This document shows, piece after piece, positions 20,362-29,073 of a stretch of 64,000 nucleotides of DNA. Location: the IMG/VR virus record IMGVR_UViG_3300025131_000007, positions 71,977-135,976 of that record. The stretch is one strand, 5' to 3'. This DNA comes from a virus. Numbering within the stretch: position 1 is the stretch's first letter; the number at the start of each line of letters is the position of its first letter. The notes under the pieces are model-generated. The model did no database searches and was not told the DNA's origin. It saw nothing but the letters and a program-made list of their open reading frames with translations. The position numbers and the translations under genes are program-made.

Positions 20362-20636
20362 AAAAAGGAAAACCCACAATTAGCCAATTTGATGTGGATG
20401 GGCCTTTCCTCCGGTCGAAGCAGATTTTGTCTGCCTTTGGGGAATCCATGGCGTTCAGTGCAATTGTGCAAGCCACCGTCAAAGAGTTGGAGAAGTGTGA
20501 AGAGGAATTTGAGGCAGCTATTTTTATGGGCGACACAGAGCTAGCGCTCGAAAAGAAAAAAGAAAAGGAAGAAATTATGCGTTCTTTGACATTTGCTGCT
20601 TCTCTCCTGGAGAGTGACGACGGCATCAGCGCATGA
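20358..20636 (+). CDS. hypothetical protein
   Basis: ATGA coupling on both sides. Confidence 0.65.
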   Translation: MKKGKPTISQFDVDGPFLRSKQILSAFGESMAFSAIVQATVKELEKCEEEFEAAIFMGDTELALEKKKEKEEIMRSLTFAASLLESDDGISA

Positions 20637-20896
20637 CCAAGATTTATATTTATTGTTTGTTCGATGCTTTTGATCGATTTTTGGGAGTGTATTCGTCTCT
20701 TAAAGCTGTTCATCGAGATGCGCTCAAACATTGTAATATCGGGAACACGCCCATTTATCTTATTAGCTTAAAAAAGCCGCAAAAGGCATCTTTGGTTGCA
20801 GTGCGGAACTTTTTTAAGGGCACCTGCGATGTGGTGCTTGAATATCGGAGCGATCGCGGCGGTGTCAAGGTATACAAAACTAAATTAAAAGAGTAA
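20633..20896 (+). CDS. hypothetical protein
   Basis: ATGA coupling; IYIY...FLGVYSS motif. Confidence 0.65.
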   Translation: MTKIYIYCLFDAFDRFLGVYSSLKAVHRDALKHCNIGNTPIYLISLKKPQKASLVAVRNFFKGTCDVVLEYRSDRGGVKVYKTKLKE

Positions 20897-20901
20897 TTAG
20901 G

Positions 20902-21162
20902 ATGTATGGTATTCCACATTCAGGCGATTTGGTTAAATGGATTTCAGATTGGCATGTGTACTCCGCCGATAGCTTGGGGGAGGTGCATGGCGAGGTACCA
21001 GTTTATTCTTTTGGGGTGGTTTTGGAGGCATATAATGATCGTAAAATTTTAGTGGTTTTTTCGCATGATATAGGAACGCGATATCTAATAAATTTGGAAT
21101 TAGTGGATTGTGAAGTAGTGAGCAAATCGAAGGCGAGGAACATAGACAATGAAACAGATTAA
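20902..21162 (+). CDS. KOW/SH3-like small protein
   Basis: HSGDLVKW...GVVLE...EVVSK. Confidence 0.6.
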   Translation: MYGIPHSGDLVKWISDWHVYSADSLGEVHGEVPVYSFGVVLEAYNDRKILVVFSHDIGTRYLINLELVDCEVVSKSKARNIDNETD

Positions 21163-21535
21163 GAAGGGTAGTCTCGTATGTGCATTCCGTCGGTCATATC
21201 CGGGGGTGGGGCTTGTTATACATCGGGAGAGAGATTTAGTGTCTTATCTTAAAATAGATGTGGAGCTTTTGCACCGGCGCAAGGAGATTGAAAACTCCAA
21301 GGATTTGACGGGACGCGTAACGATGGAGTGGTGGGGAGACATCGAAGAACAGATCACCAACAGCACCAATCAACAAGTGGCGAAGGAATTTTTGGCATAC
21401 AATCATTACGGAAGAAAAAAGGTTCTTAAAAAAGACTTTTCTTATGTGAAGTGGATTAAAAAACCCTCCGAATTTGCGCAAATTATTCATGATAAGGAGG
21501 GGTGGATCCCCTCAGATTGGCTTAGAGTTGTGTAG
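21149..21535 (+). CDS. KOW/SH3-like protein with insertion
   Basis: IKKGSLV...GVGLVI...YVKW...WLRVV. Confidence 0.6.
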   Translation: MKQIKKGSLVCAFRRSYPGVGLVIHRERDLVSYLKIDVELLHRRKEIENSKDLTGRVTMEWWGDIEEQITNSTNQQVAKEFLAYNHYGRKKVLKKDFSYVKWIKKPSEFAQIIHDKEGWIPSDWLRVV

Positions 21536-21587
21536 CGTAATGACTTCTTTAGGAAATACTCATACTTATTAGTGTTGGAATATAGTT

Positions 21588-22232
21588 ATGGAACTGCTTT
21601 ATGAAATTCAGGCCGCGCTCGATCGCCCCATTTGTTCGGGGTGGGATCGTGCATTTCTTGAATCTATTGCATTCCAGTTAGATAAGGGAAAAGTGCTAAC
21701 GGGTCGACAAAAAACTATTCTTGGGAGAGTTTTGAGCCAAAACACCGCACAGGAAGAAGAAAATTTGCAAGCGTGGAAGGAGAAGTATTTTGCAGAATAT
21801 TATTCGATTGCCCGTCAAGTTGCTTATTATCATCTGCGACAACCCTACTATGCGGAAATGGCGAAAGATATCTTAACAGGAAAAGTGCCCAGGCGCAAGC
21901 GATTTATTAAAATGATAAACAACAAATATACTAAGAAGGTGTTGCGGGAGTATGCGAAAAGCCCTCGTTTTTTATTAGGAACATATGTTAAAATAAAAAC
22001 TAATTTTGATCGCACTCGCATGTCATTTGACAAATATGGTGAAGGGGATATTTTTCGCAGTTGGGAGTATAAAAGAAAGGCTTTTTTGAATTTTGTCTCA
22101 AAAGGAGGCATTATTTTGTCAGTTGACGATGAAATTCATTCCGCAGCTAAGGGTGCCACTCGCTATAAAATTTTAGCAATTGGAGCAACAATACCTTTTT
22201 ATGTGGAAGAAAGATTTTTGAAGCGGGGATAA
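21588..22232 (+). CDS. hypothetical protein, paralog of 38035-38871
   Basis: Shared WD..F.ES...Q....L+.RQ..IL, NKY..KVL and KGA..Y.+L.+G motifs. Confidence 0.75.
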   Translation: MELLYEIQAALDRPICSGWDRAFLESIAFQLDKGKVLTGRQKTILGRVLSQNTAQEEENLQAWKEKYFAEYYSIARQVAYYHLRQPYYAEMAKDILTGKVPRRKRFIKMINNKYTKKVLREYAKSPRFLLGTYVKIKTNFDRTRMSFDKYGEGDIFRSWEYKRKAFLNFVSKGGIILSVDDEIHSAAKGATRYKILAIGATIPFYVEERFLKRG

Positions 22233-22247
22233 CCACATACTTATTAT

Positions 22248-22505
22248 GTGAGTGATAAAACTACAACCCCACTTTTCCCCTTTGTCTTTCGACTGGGACA
22301 TTTTGTTAAATGTTCTTATGATTACACCTTAACGTGGTGGATCGAAGAGGGTAGCACAAGAGTTTTTTATGGGGTGGTTGTGGGTTGTCACCAAAAAGAT
22401 ATTTATTTTCCGTACGGCACTTTTTATGATATTTTATGCACCGATGGCCATCTCAGATATTTTGCTGAATGGGAAATAAAACATGTGAAAAAACCAGATA
22501 AATAA
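22248..22505 (+). CDS. SH3-like small protein
   Basis: FRLGHFV...YGVVV...FAEWEI. Confidence 0.55.
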   Translation: MSDKTTTPLFPFVFRLGHFVKCSYDYTLTWWIEEGSTRVFYGVVVGCHQKDIYFPYGTFYDILCTDGHLRYFAEWEIKHVKKPDK

Positions 22506-22514
22506 AAAAAATCC

Positions 22515-22543
22515 TTGACATTTGGTGTACGTTAGGTTATATT
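22515..22543 (+). promoter_or_regulatory. sigma70-type promoter
   Basis: TTGACA-17-TATATT, followed by an ATGAAC-GAAA-GTTCAT hairpin (22548-22563). Confidence 0.75.
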
Positions 22544-22593
22544 ATATATGAACGAAAGTTCATTATTATTCATACTTAGGAGAAAGAAAGTTT

Positions 22594-22770
22594 ATGAAAG
22601 TAGAAAAAGTAGAAGTTGAAAACTTAAAAAAACAAGTTCAAGATATGGGCATGCGCATAACCACTTTGGTGGATGAGGTGCGCACCTTACAACAGGATAT
22701 AAGCCATTTCAAATCGCAAGTGGGGAAAGATATTACTACATTGGAAAATTTAGCTCGACGAATCAATTGA
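22594..22770 (+). CDS. 58-aa coiled-coil protein (not in ORF track)
   Basis: AGGAG upstream; MKVEKVEVENLKKQVQDMG...RRIN*. Confidence 0.65.
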   Translation: MKVEKVEVENLKKQVQDMGMRITTLVDEVRTLQQDISHFKSQVGKDITTLENLARRIN

Positions 22771-23243
22771 TGACCCGAACTATAAAGGATATTCTGGGCA
22801 CTCTTAATTTGTCGCGAACTGCCACTGTATCTTTGAGGTGTTTAGAGAGAGAGGATGTGTTTCATTACACAGATGACTATCACGGTCATGTGTTGGAAAA
22901 TACCGATGTGGTGAGCCAGTTGGCAGAACTACTGCTAGCATATCGAAATGATGTGTGGGCATATGGATCGAGTGTTTTGGAGGAATTTAGAGAAAATGGG
23001 TGGCTTCAGGAGTATGAAAGAGATCATACTTTTAATGATTATTTGCGGGAAATCATCGCAGACAACTATTATGAAGTAGCAGCTATTGACTTTACCACTG
23101 AAAAATACGATCATAAGCGCGGAAGATGCACTATTGAGGCAGTCGTTGAGGTTCCACTGTGGCGCGTTCTCGATAATCCAGAAGCCATTGAAGGGTGGGA
23201 AGCATCTGTTAAAACCAGCGCTGGCACCTTAGTGTTAGGGTGA
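22767..23243 (+). CDS. hypothetical protein
   Basis: Coupled start; YDHKRG motif. Confidence 0.7.
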   Translation: MMTRTIKDILGTLNLSRTATVSLRCLEREDVFHYTDDYHGHVLENTDVVSQLAELLLAYRNDVWAYGSSVLEEFRENGWLQEYERDHTFNDYLREIIADNYYEVAAIDFTTEKYDHKRGRCTIEAVVEVPLWRVLDNPEAIEGWEASVKTSAGTLVLG

Positions 23244-23322
23244 AAGGGGGTCTTGGGAGATACATTGAATAAGGTTATATTGTGTATGGGAATATAATTT
23301 AATAACCAATAAGGAAAGAAAC

Positions 23323-23628
23323 ATGGGAAAATATACCACAGACGATAACAGATCAATGCAACTCAATCCTAACAACGACCGCTATGGTTCGTCAAGAGGT
23401 TGGGGTGATGATGATATGGATGAGTACGATTATAAAGATTTGCTCGAAGAAATAAGAGGGTATCGCCTTGATCAAAAGATTGATTACACGAAGTACGGTT
23501 TTACCCAAAATAAATGGGAGTCTGAACAATGGGAATGGCAGCGGATTCACGAATGGTGGCCGTATGACAAGCAACTATTGGAAAGTCTGATCAGAGATCA
23601 ATACAACAGATCAATGAGAAGGAGATAG
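23323..23628 (+). CDS. hypothetical protein
   Basis: AAGGA RBS; DNRSMQLNPNNDRY motif. Confidence 0.7.
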   Translation: MGKYTTDDNRSMQLNPNNDRYGSSRGWGDDDMDEYDYKDLLEEIRGYRLDQKIDYTKYGFTQNKWESEQWEWQRIHEWWPYDKQLLESLIRDQYNRSMRRR

Positions 23629-23637
23629 GGGCAGGTC

Positions 23638-23847
23638 ATGCAAAAAGGGTGGATAGTAAAAATTGCCAAAACCGCAGAGAGTCAAACGCGCAAACATTTT
23701 GGGGATAATTGGGGTATTGTCATCGGTCACGCGGCGGGCTGGGGAGAACAGTTGTGTCATGTTTATTTCCCTAAGTGGAAAAAAGATTTTAATATACACC
23801 AAAGATATTTGGAGGTGATTAGTTATGGCAACCAAGAAGGAAAATAA
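23638..23847 (+). CDS. KOW/SH3-like small protein
   Basis: MQKGWIVKI...GIVI...YLEVIS. Confidence 0.65.
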   Translation: MQKGWIVKIAKTAESQTRKHFGDNWGIVIGHAAGWGEQLCHVYFPKWKKDFNIHQRYLEVISYGNQEGK

Positions 23848-24151
23848 GGAAGGCGCAGGGGTTGGTTTGAAAGACAGAGAAAAGTTTAAGTTACAAAAAC
23901 CACCCAAGTATAAGGTAGTGATGCTCAACGACAATTATACCCCGATGGATTTTGTATCCGCAATATTGATGCAAGTATTTCATAAATCCCAGGGGGCAGC
24001 CGCTGCTATTACTTTCCAGGTTCACACAGAAGGTAAGGGCATTGCAGGAGCCGGCTACACGAAAGAAATCGCAGATACGAAAGTAGCAAAAACTTTGAAT
24101 GCGGCCAAAGAACACAAATATCCTTTCTTGGTGGAGGCAGAACCTGAATAA
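23825..24151 (+). CDS. clpS: ATP-dependent Clp protease adaptor ClpS
   Basis: PPKYKVVMLNDNYTPMDFV...VF.K....A......VH.EG. Confidence 0.95.
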   Translation: MATKKENKEGAGVGLKDREKFKLQKPPKYKVVMLNDNYTPMDFVSAILMQVFHKSQGAAAAITFQVHTEGKGIAGAGYTKEIADTKVAKTLNAAKEHKYPFLVEAEPE

Positions 24152-24444
24152 TGCTACAAGGATTTGAAAAAATACATTACTTAGCCTATTCTTTCTTTTT
24201 TCTTGGAAAGATTATGTTTATTATTACAGTGGGGGCGTTATATTCTGGATATGATAATCCCCTCCCCTTTGCTTTTGCCTACGTTATGTGTGTATTTGTT
24301 TCTTTTTCTCTGGGTTTATATGATCAATGGAGAACGGCGGGATTTGGATTAAACGAACATAAAATTACGTGGGATGTATTAGCGCCTGTGGAAAAGACAG
24401 TCTACTCTCCCACTTGGAATCCCACAAGGAGAAAACGTGGATAA
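24151..24444 (+). CDS. two-TM membrane protein
   Basis: Two hydrophobic segments. Confidence 0.65.
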   Translation: MLQGFEKIHYLAYSFFFLGKIMFIITVGALYSGYDNPLPFAFAYVMCVFVSFSLGLYDQWRTAGFGLNEHKITWDVLAPVEKTVYSPTWNPTRRKRG

Positions 24445-24784
24445 TTATTATTTTTCTAAGACACGCGATGTGGAAAGTGACACTCTGGAAGAGGCAGTGA
24501 GGGCATACGCGCTCCATCTTCGTGAGGTTAGCGAAGATCCCCATTCGGATAAAACATATCGAGATTACCACAAGATGTACCATGAGATTATTTCGGGCTA
24601 CTTGGATTCTGCCCGCAACCTACAGCCTTTGATTGAGAATATTGTGAGTCAAATTCATGTGCGTTTTCCGTGGGTATCTGGCACCACGAAAGATGCCCTG
24701 GGGATGATAGGTGCGGAGTTATCTCATATATTAGAAAAACATTCTAGATTTACGGTTAATGCCAATGGCACACGATCCAAGTAA
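24437..24784 (+). CDS. hypothetical protein
   Basis: AAGGAG RBS, GTG start. Confidence 0.65.
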   Translation: MDNYYFSKTRDVESDTLEEAVRAYALHLREVSEDPHSDKTYRDYHKMYHEIISGYLDSARNLQPLIENIVSQIHVRFPWVSGTTKDALGMIGAELSHILEKHSRFTVNANGTRSK

Positions 24785-25079
24785 GGGGCGAAAAGGGAGG
24801 CTTGTAATGATCACAGGGGCGATGTTGGGAGCAACCACCACCGATGGAAAGACAAGACGAATTGAGAACATTTCGAGCACTGGGTTGATTTGTGTTGATA
24901 TTTCGACATGCGATCCCTATCCGAACGCACCGGCTCGTATATGGCACCCTACATATGGAAAATGTTGGTATGTAGACACGGAATTTAGCCACTATGAGTG
25001 GTTAGATGACAATGAACAGAAAGTAAACACAGAACTAAGTGGTTCCACCTCTGCGGAGGTGATTCATTCTAACCGATAA
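24759..25079 (+). CDS. hypothetical protein
   Basis: ORF in a packed run. Confidence 0.55.
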   Translation: MPMAHDPSKGRKGRLVMITGAMLGATTTDGKTRRIENISSTGLICVDISTCDPYPNAPARIWHPTYGKCWYVDTEFSHYEWLDDNEQKVNTELSGSTSAEVIHSNR

Positions 25080-25086
25080 TCCACAA

Positions 25087-25269
25087 GTGGGAGATTTAGT
25101 CATGCTTCTGAGCCCTTGGAAAGAAGAAACCGGGGTGGTTAAGTTAGTATTGAAAATAAATGAACATCGTCTGAAATATGGGGATATATCGCGTTTTCTT
25201 ACTCTTGATGAGAATACGCAATCGTGGCCGGCAAATTATGTGAAGATTGTAAGTAAGGCAAAAAAATAA
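25087..25269 (+). CDS. KOW/SH3-like small protein (start uncertain)
   Basis: QVGDLV...VKIVSK. Confidence 0.55.
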   Translation: MGDLVMLLSPWKEETGVVKLVLKINEHRLKYGDISRFLTLDENTQSWPANYVKIVSKAKK

Positions 25270-25338
25270 CTTTTTTGTTGACTTTTTTGAAATAAGGTTA
25301 TATTTATAAGGTCTGTTTTTTAATAAAAGGAGAAAAAA

Positions 25339-25470
25339 ATGGGTAATGTTATTAAAATTTTTGTTTTTGTGATGATGGGTAGTGCACTTGTTTTAGCATC
25401 CCACGATCGTGAACCCCGCGCTGTCGTCGTGGCGCTTGTCGATGAAGTGGAGATAGAATACGGAGAATAA
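25339..25470 (+). CDS. small signal-peptide/TM protein (not in ORF track)
   Basis: AAGGAG RBS; MGNVIKIFVFVMMGSALVLA. Confidence 0.5.
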   Translation: MGNVIKIFVFVMMGSALVLASHDREPRAVVVALVDEVEIEYGE

Positions 25471-25482
25471 TTTAATTATTTC

Positions 25483-25511
25483 TTGACAAAGGTTGTCAAA
25501 CGGGATATATT
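25483..25511 (+). promoter_or_regulatory. sigma70-type promoter (AACGGG family)
   Basis: TTGACA-17-TATATT with AACGGGA before the -10. Confidence 0.75.
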
Positions 25512-25540
25512 TTATATGAACCCAATAATTAGAGAGTGAT

Positions 25541-25867
25541 ATGGCAAACATATATTGGAATGGACCCAAAGCGCCACAGAAAGAAGTATTTATCGCTTTA
25601 ATGAAAGAAGCGGTGGAATACACGGATAATACATTTATAGTGTGTTTTGAGAGTGATGATACGGGAATGCACGTTGTCTTGAAAGTGGAGCGCAACGAGG
25701 ATGATACGTCTGGTTTCAAAAAATTTCCTGACGTATCCAAGTATATGGGGTGGCGCTTGATGTGTGTGCATGTTCCCAAGGGGTATTTGCATGTATTTTA
25801 TAATGCCGATGGCAGCAAAAATGAAACGAAGAATCAGGATGACATGAAATATGAGAGTCAAAAATGA
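25541..25867 (+). CDS. hypothetical protein
   Basis: Downstream of a promoter. Confidence 0.7.
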   Translation: MANIYWNGPKAPQKEVFIALMKEAVEYTDNTFIVCFESDDTGMHVVLKVERNEDDTSGFKKFPDVSKYMGWRLMCVHVPKGYLHVFYNADGSKNETKNQDDMKYESQK

Positions 25868-26085
25868 GAGAGGGGAGCGTAATGGGTTTTAAAAACAAGG
25901 TAGTTCTGCAACTTAAAGGAATGGAAGATTATGATACTCCATTGGAACGCATTTTGCGAACCCCCCACCGATTATTTATTTCGTTGGTGGCTAATAAAGA
26001 GATCAAAAATGAGAAAAAACGCACTCTTCCGATCGAAGACACCTTGGTGTTTGTTTCTAAAAATTTTGAACCCGCAGAGTCATAA
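25864..26085 (+). CDS. hypothetical protein
   Basis: Coupled start. Confidence 0.5.
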   Translation: MREGSVMGFKNKVVLQLKGMEDYDTPLERILRTPHRLFISLVANKEIKNEKKRTLPIEDTLVFVSKNFEPAES

Positions 26086-26100
26086 AAAAATATTATTTTC

Positions 26101-26271
26101 AATCTCTTGGTGGGAGTTTGCGGCGAGAATCTTAGGTGGTTCGACGAGTCGCAAAATAGGTAGGTTTCAACGCCACAGACGAAACCATGGGACACGGGGT
26201 TCTGAATTAAAGGGGTGGCTGGCGAGAGGTGACGCGGCAAGGATAGGCGACCAGACTCCCACCAAGAGATT
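26101..26271 (+). ncRNA. structured long-hairpin RNA candidate (6S-like); strand uncertain
   Basis: 20-bp closing stem 26101-26120/26252-26271 (one G-U); inner helices GUCGC/GUGAC and GCCAC/GUGGC around an asymmetric central bubble; GC-rich intergenic island. Confidence 0.55.
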
Positions 26272-26274
26272 TTT

Positions 26275-26490
26275 ATGAAAGTGGGTGATTTGGTGAAAGT
26301 GAATGTGACCCGCGAGCACGTTGCTGGGGCACTTACCGCCGTTAAATATGTAATGGCGCTCGAACGCCAATATGGGGGCTTAATCGGCATCGTTGTGGAG
26401 ATCAAGCATGGATATGGATTGATTAAGTTTCCTACGGGCGTTAAGATGGTAGAACAGAAGTTTTTGGAAGTTATTAGTGCAAGTCGGTGA
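26275..26490 (+). CDS. MKVGDLV-family KOW/SH3-like protein
   Basis: MKVGDLVKV...GIVV...FLEVISASR. Confidence 0.8.
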   Translation: MKVGDLVKVNVTREHVAGALTAVKYVMALERQYGGLIGIVVEIKHGYGLIKFPTGVKMVEQKFLEVISASR

Positions 26491-26746
26491 TTTGGTGATG
26501 CTTTCTGCTCATGGTCAAACATTGGTGATGGCAAGCCATCGCAAAGGTAAGGTGGGTATTATTGTTGACAAAAAACCGCTTTCGCCTTTGGCTTTGGTGG
26601 ATCCGTTGGAAAATGAATACAAAATTCAGTGGTTAGATAGGGAATTACCTTTCGATGGGTTTATTTATCATAGGAGGGATCTAAAGTTCGCTAAGATCAC
26701 TAAAAATAATGCTGATAAAAGTGGGGGATTTGGTTCAAGATTGTGA
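26477..26746 (+). CDS. MKVGDLV-family protein
   Basis: MQVGDLVML...GKVGIIV. Confidence 0.8.
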   Translation: MQVGDLVMLSAHGQTLVMASHRKGKVGIIVDKKPLSPLALVDPLENEYKIQWLDRELPFDGFIYHRRDLKFAKITKNNADKSGGFGSRL

Positions 26747-26933
26747 CGGGTATTATGGTATCGTAGTGGCAGTAGATCACGCGTATGATTTATATGCACA
26801 GTTAGCCCATCCAGAAATATTTGAAAATGATGGTTTTCCCTTAGAGTATCAATTTGTGACTGTTTTTTGTTTTCACGAATCTTCAGAAATGGTTTTTTTT
26901 GATAGTGAATTACAAATATTAAGTCGGGCATAA
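26709..26933 (+). CDS. MKVGDLV-family protein
   Basis: IKVGDLV...YGIVV...LQILS. Confidence 0.8.
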   Translation: MLIKVGDLVQDCDGYYGIVVAVDHAYDLYAQLAHPEIFENDGFPLEYQFVTVFCFHESSEMVFFDSELQILSRA

Positions 26934-26949
26934 AAAAATATTTATTTTC

Positions 26950-26977
26950 TTGACAAAACCCCGCAACGGGTTATATT
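26950..26977 (+). promoter_or_regulatory. sigma70-type promoter (AACGGG family)
   Basis: TTGACA-16-TATATT; spacer CCCCGCAACGGG. Confidence 0.7.
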
Positions 26978-27009
26978 TATTACATCAAACACAAACAACG
27001 GAGTTCAAA

Positions 27010-27249
27010 ATGAACCAACACTTTAAAATACTCAACGACAACCAACTCTTGACTTTGCTCAAATGTGCCAGGTATTTGCTCGATAAGGAGTACGATCCCG
27101 AAGATTACGCAATGGCTTGCTTTCTGGGCGGCACCCCCAGCGAATGTATTGACCAGACATTGGAACTGTATGATGTTATCAAAGCTGAACTGGAAACCCG
27201 TGGATACCAAGTGCATCAGCATCTCGCTGTGATCCCTCTGGACTGTTAA
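27010..27249 (+). CDS. hypothetical protein
   Basis: GGAG RBS after promoter; MNQHFK start. Confidence 0.7.
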   Translation: MNQHFKILNDNQLLTLLKCARYLLDKEYDPEDYAMACFLGGTPSECIDQTLELYDVIKAELETRGYQVHQHLAVIPLDC

Positions 27250-27262
27250 ATAAACTATTTTC

Positions 27263-27291
27263 TTGACAAAGAGACAAAGACGCGTTAAATT
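27263..27291 (+). promoter_or_regulatory. sigma70-type promoter
   Basis: TTGACA-17-TAAATT. Confidence 0.65.
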
Positions 27292-27317
27292 ATTAGATGA
27301 AACCCAGGAGTTTTTAT

Positions 27318-27497
27318 ATGAAGTGCGGCGATCTGATCGAGTGGTTTGACTACACCATTAACCAGAGATTTGTGGGTCTTTATTTGCGACGACGTAAAAA
27401 AGATACTGTTACATGGTGTGATATTGTTGTGTTGTGCAACGGTAAAGAGGTTGAGTGGGTTTCCTGGCAATGTAGAGTAATAGATGAAAGTGGGTGA
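27318..27497 (+). CDS. MKVGDLV-family protein
   Basis: AGGAG RBS; MKCGDLIEW...RVIDESG. Confidence 0.8.
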   Translation: MKCGDLIEWFDYTINQRFVGLYLRRRKKDTVTWCDIVVLCNGKEVEWVSWQCRVIDESG

Positions 27498-27669
27498 TCT
27501 GGTATGGGTGAACGGTCACCCTCGGGATGGTCTTCGGAGATTCTTGGCTATTGTTGTAAGAGCACCAACACAGATTTACCCCGGCGCATATTTAGTGCAT
27601 GGAATCGTGACGGGAAACAGATATTGTTTTCATGGTAACGAATTAGAGGTGATAAGTGAAAGTCGGTAG
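27484..27669 (+). CDS. MKVGDLV-family protein
   Basis: MKVGDLVWV...LEVISESR. Confidence 0.85.
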   Translation: MKVGDLVWVNGHPRDGLRRFLAIVVRAPTQIYPGAYLVHGIVTGNRYCFHGNELEVISESR

Positions 27670-27829
27670 CTTAGTGAGAGTCAAAAAAGGTGTTCCACAC
27701 CAAGGAAACTATAAGTTAGGGATCGTGATGAGCGTATACCAAGATCATTGCTGGGTGCGCTGGAGAAGTTGGCCAGAAAATGATAAATGGATGTGCAATA
27801 GACATTTGGAAATCCTTAGTGAAGGTTAG
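27656..27829 (+). CDS. MKVGDLV-family protein (57 aa, not in ORF track)
   Basis: MKVGSLVRVKK...GIVM...WVRW...HLEILSEG. Confidence 0.8.
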   Translation: MKVGSLVRVKKGVPHQGNYKLGIVMSVYQDHCWVRWRSWPENDKWMCNRHLEILSEG

Positions 27830-27980
27830 TGATGTAGTAATCTGGAACCTGGGCTATTCAGATGATGTATATTTGGTCTTATTGGTTGGTGATCATTATG
27901 CGTTATTATGGAGTCTTCACCAAAAATTTGTATTGAATATTACAAACGAGGAGTACCACGAATATGATATTCTTTCTTAA
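27819..27980 (+). CDS. MKVGDLV-family protein
   Basis: GTG start, MKVSDVVIW...YDILS. Confidence 0.7.
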   Translation: MKVSDVVIWNLGYSDDVYLVLLVGDHYALLWSLHQKFVLNITNEEYHEYDILS

Positions 27981-27998
27981 CTTTTTTCCTTTTTTCCC

Positions 27999-28027
27999 TT
28001 GACAACTCTATAACAACGGGATACATT
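27999..28027 (+). promoter_or_regulatory. sigma70-type promoter (AACGGG family)
   Basis: TTGACA-17-TACATT; downstream leader shared with the 37403 copy. Confidence 0.75.
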
Positions 28028-28058
28028 ATATATACCAACCAAACAGGAGTACAAAATA

Positions 28059-28394
28059 ATGAATATATGGGTAGTATCTTCATATTATGAGAGCGAATTA
28101 TACGCTTCCACACACTTAACAAAAAAAGGCGCGTTCCTTTGCGCTGTTACCGAGTTATACGAGTGTATGAGCATAGATAGATATGATACAATGGCTGAGT
28201 TTTGGGAAGAATACGGTTTAGGAGAAGATGACGAAAAGCCCGAATGGTGTCCTTATGATCTTGAAGAATTGCGGGCATTGAGCAGCGATCAACTATCTGA
28301 TCAATTTGGCGAAATGAGTGAAATGTATTGGGAAACGCACAGTTGGGGCGACCGAATAGAGTTAGAAGTCCTCCAAACAACGGTAACAGCATGA
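28059..28394 (+). CDS. acidic hypothetical protein
   Basis: AGGAG RBS after promoter. Confidence 0.75.
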   Translation: MNIWVVSSYYESELYASTHLTKKGAFLCAVTELYECMSIDRYDTMAEFWEEYGLGEDDEKPEWCPYDLEELRALSSDQLSDQFGEMSEMYWETHSWGDRIELEVLQTTVTA

Positions 28395-28594
28395 ACACCG
28401 ATGACTTGACGTTAAAGTTAGGCACCCTGTTGCATGATGGGAAGTATATATTTATGATCGTTGATAAATATATTGATGATATATTTCCCTACTCACACGA
28501 TTGCCTCTATACTATTATGTGGCTACAAACAGGCGAACGAATATGTGGATGGGACGGTGATGGCATCGTAAACAACTTTGAGGTGATCGCATGA
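28391..28594 (+). CDS. MKVGDLV-related protein
   Basis: LKLGTLL...MIV...YTIMW...FEVIA. Confidence 0.7.
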   Translation: MNTDDLTLKLGTLLHDGKYIFMIVDKYIDDIFPYSHDCLYTIMWLQTGERICGWDGDGIVNNFEVIA

Positions 28595-28698
28595 AAGTTA
28601 AAGAAGATACATTATTCATTTTCGTATTGGTATTCATGGGGATCCCATTTATCGGGTTGCTGACAGTGGCGATTGAGATACTTAGGGGTGTGATATGA
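28591..28698 (+). CDS. 35-aa single-TM peptide inside the array (not in ORF track)
   Basis: MKVKEDTLFIFVLVFMGIPFIGLLTVAIEILRGVI; ATGA-coupled on both sides. Confidence 0.65.
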   Translation: MKVKEDTLFIFVLVFMGIPFIGLLTVAIEILRGVI

Positions 28699-28874
28699 AA
28701 GTAGGTGACTTGGTTAGGGCAACGCTGGCGACTGCGACCGTTCTGGGCATCATTATTGAGCCTTATGATACTCCCAAAGGAGTGTGGCGGGTTGCGTGGG
28801 TAGACGGTGGAACGTGGTGCAGCGGTTCACTATGCCACGAAAATAACATGGAGGTGGTAAATGAAAGTAGGTGA
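28695..28874 (+). CDS. MKVGDLV-family protein (59 aa, not in ORF track)
   Basis: MKVGDLVRA...LCHENNMEVVNESR. Confidence 0.82.
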   Translation: MKVGDLVRATLATATVLGIIIEPYDTPKGVWRVAWVDGGTWCSGSLCHENNMEVVNESR

Positions 28875-29073
28875 TTTGGTGAGAGTTAAAAACATTCATC
28901 TTCATTGGAGAGACGGATCGAAGACGTTGCCTAAGAAGGTTCCCGGTTTTTTGATGCAGGTTTTGGCGATAAATGGAAGTCAGCGGTTTGTGATGATCTT
29001 AGAAGGCAAACACTTAGGTTTGAAACATTGGATCAATGGCAAAGGCTTAGAGGTGATCAGTGAAGGTAGGTGA
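28861..29073 (+). CDS. MKVGDLV-family protein
   Basis: MKVGDLVRV...LEVISEGR. Confidence 0.85.
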   Translation: MKVGDLVRVKNIHLHWRDGSKTLPKKVPGFLMQVLAINGSQRFVMILEGKHLGLKHWINGKGLEVISEGR

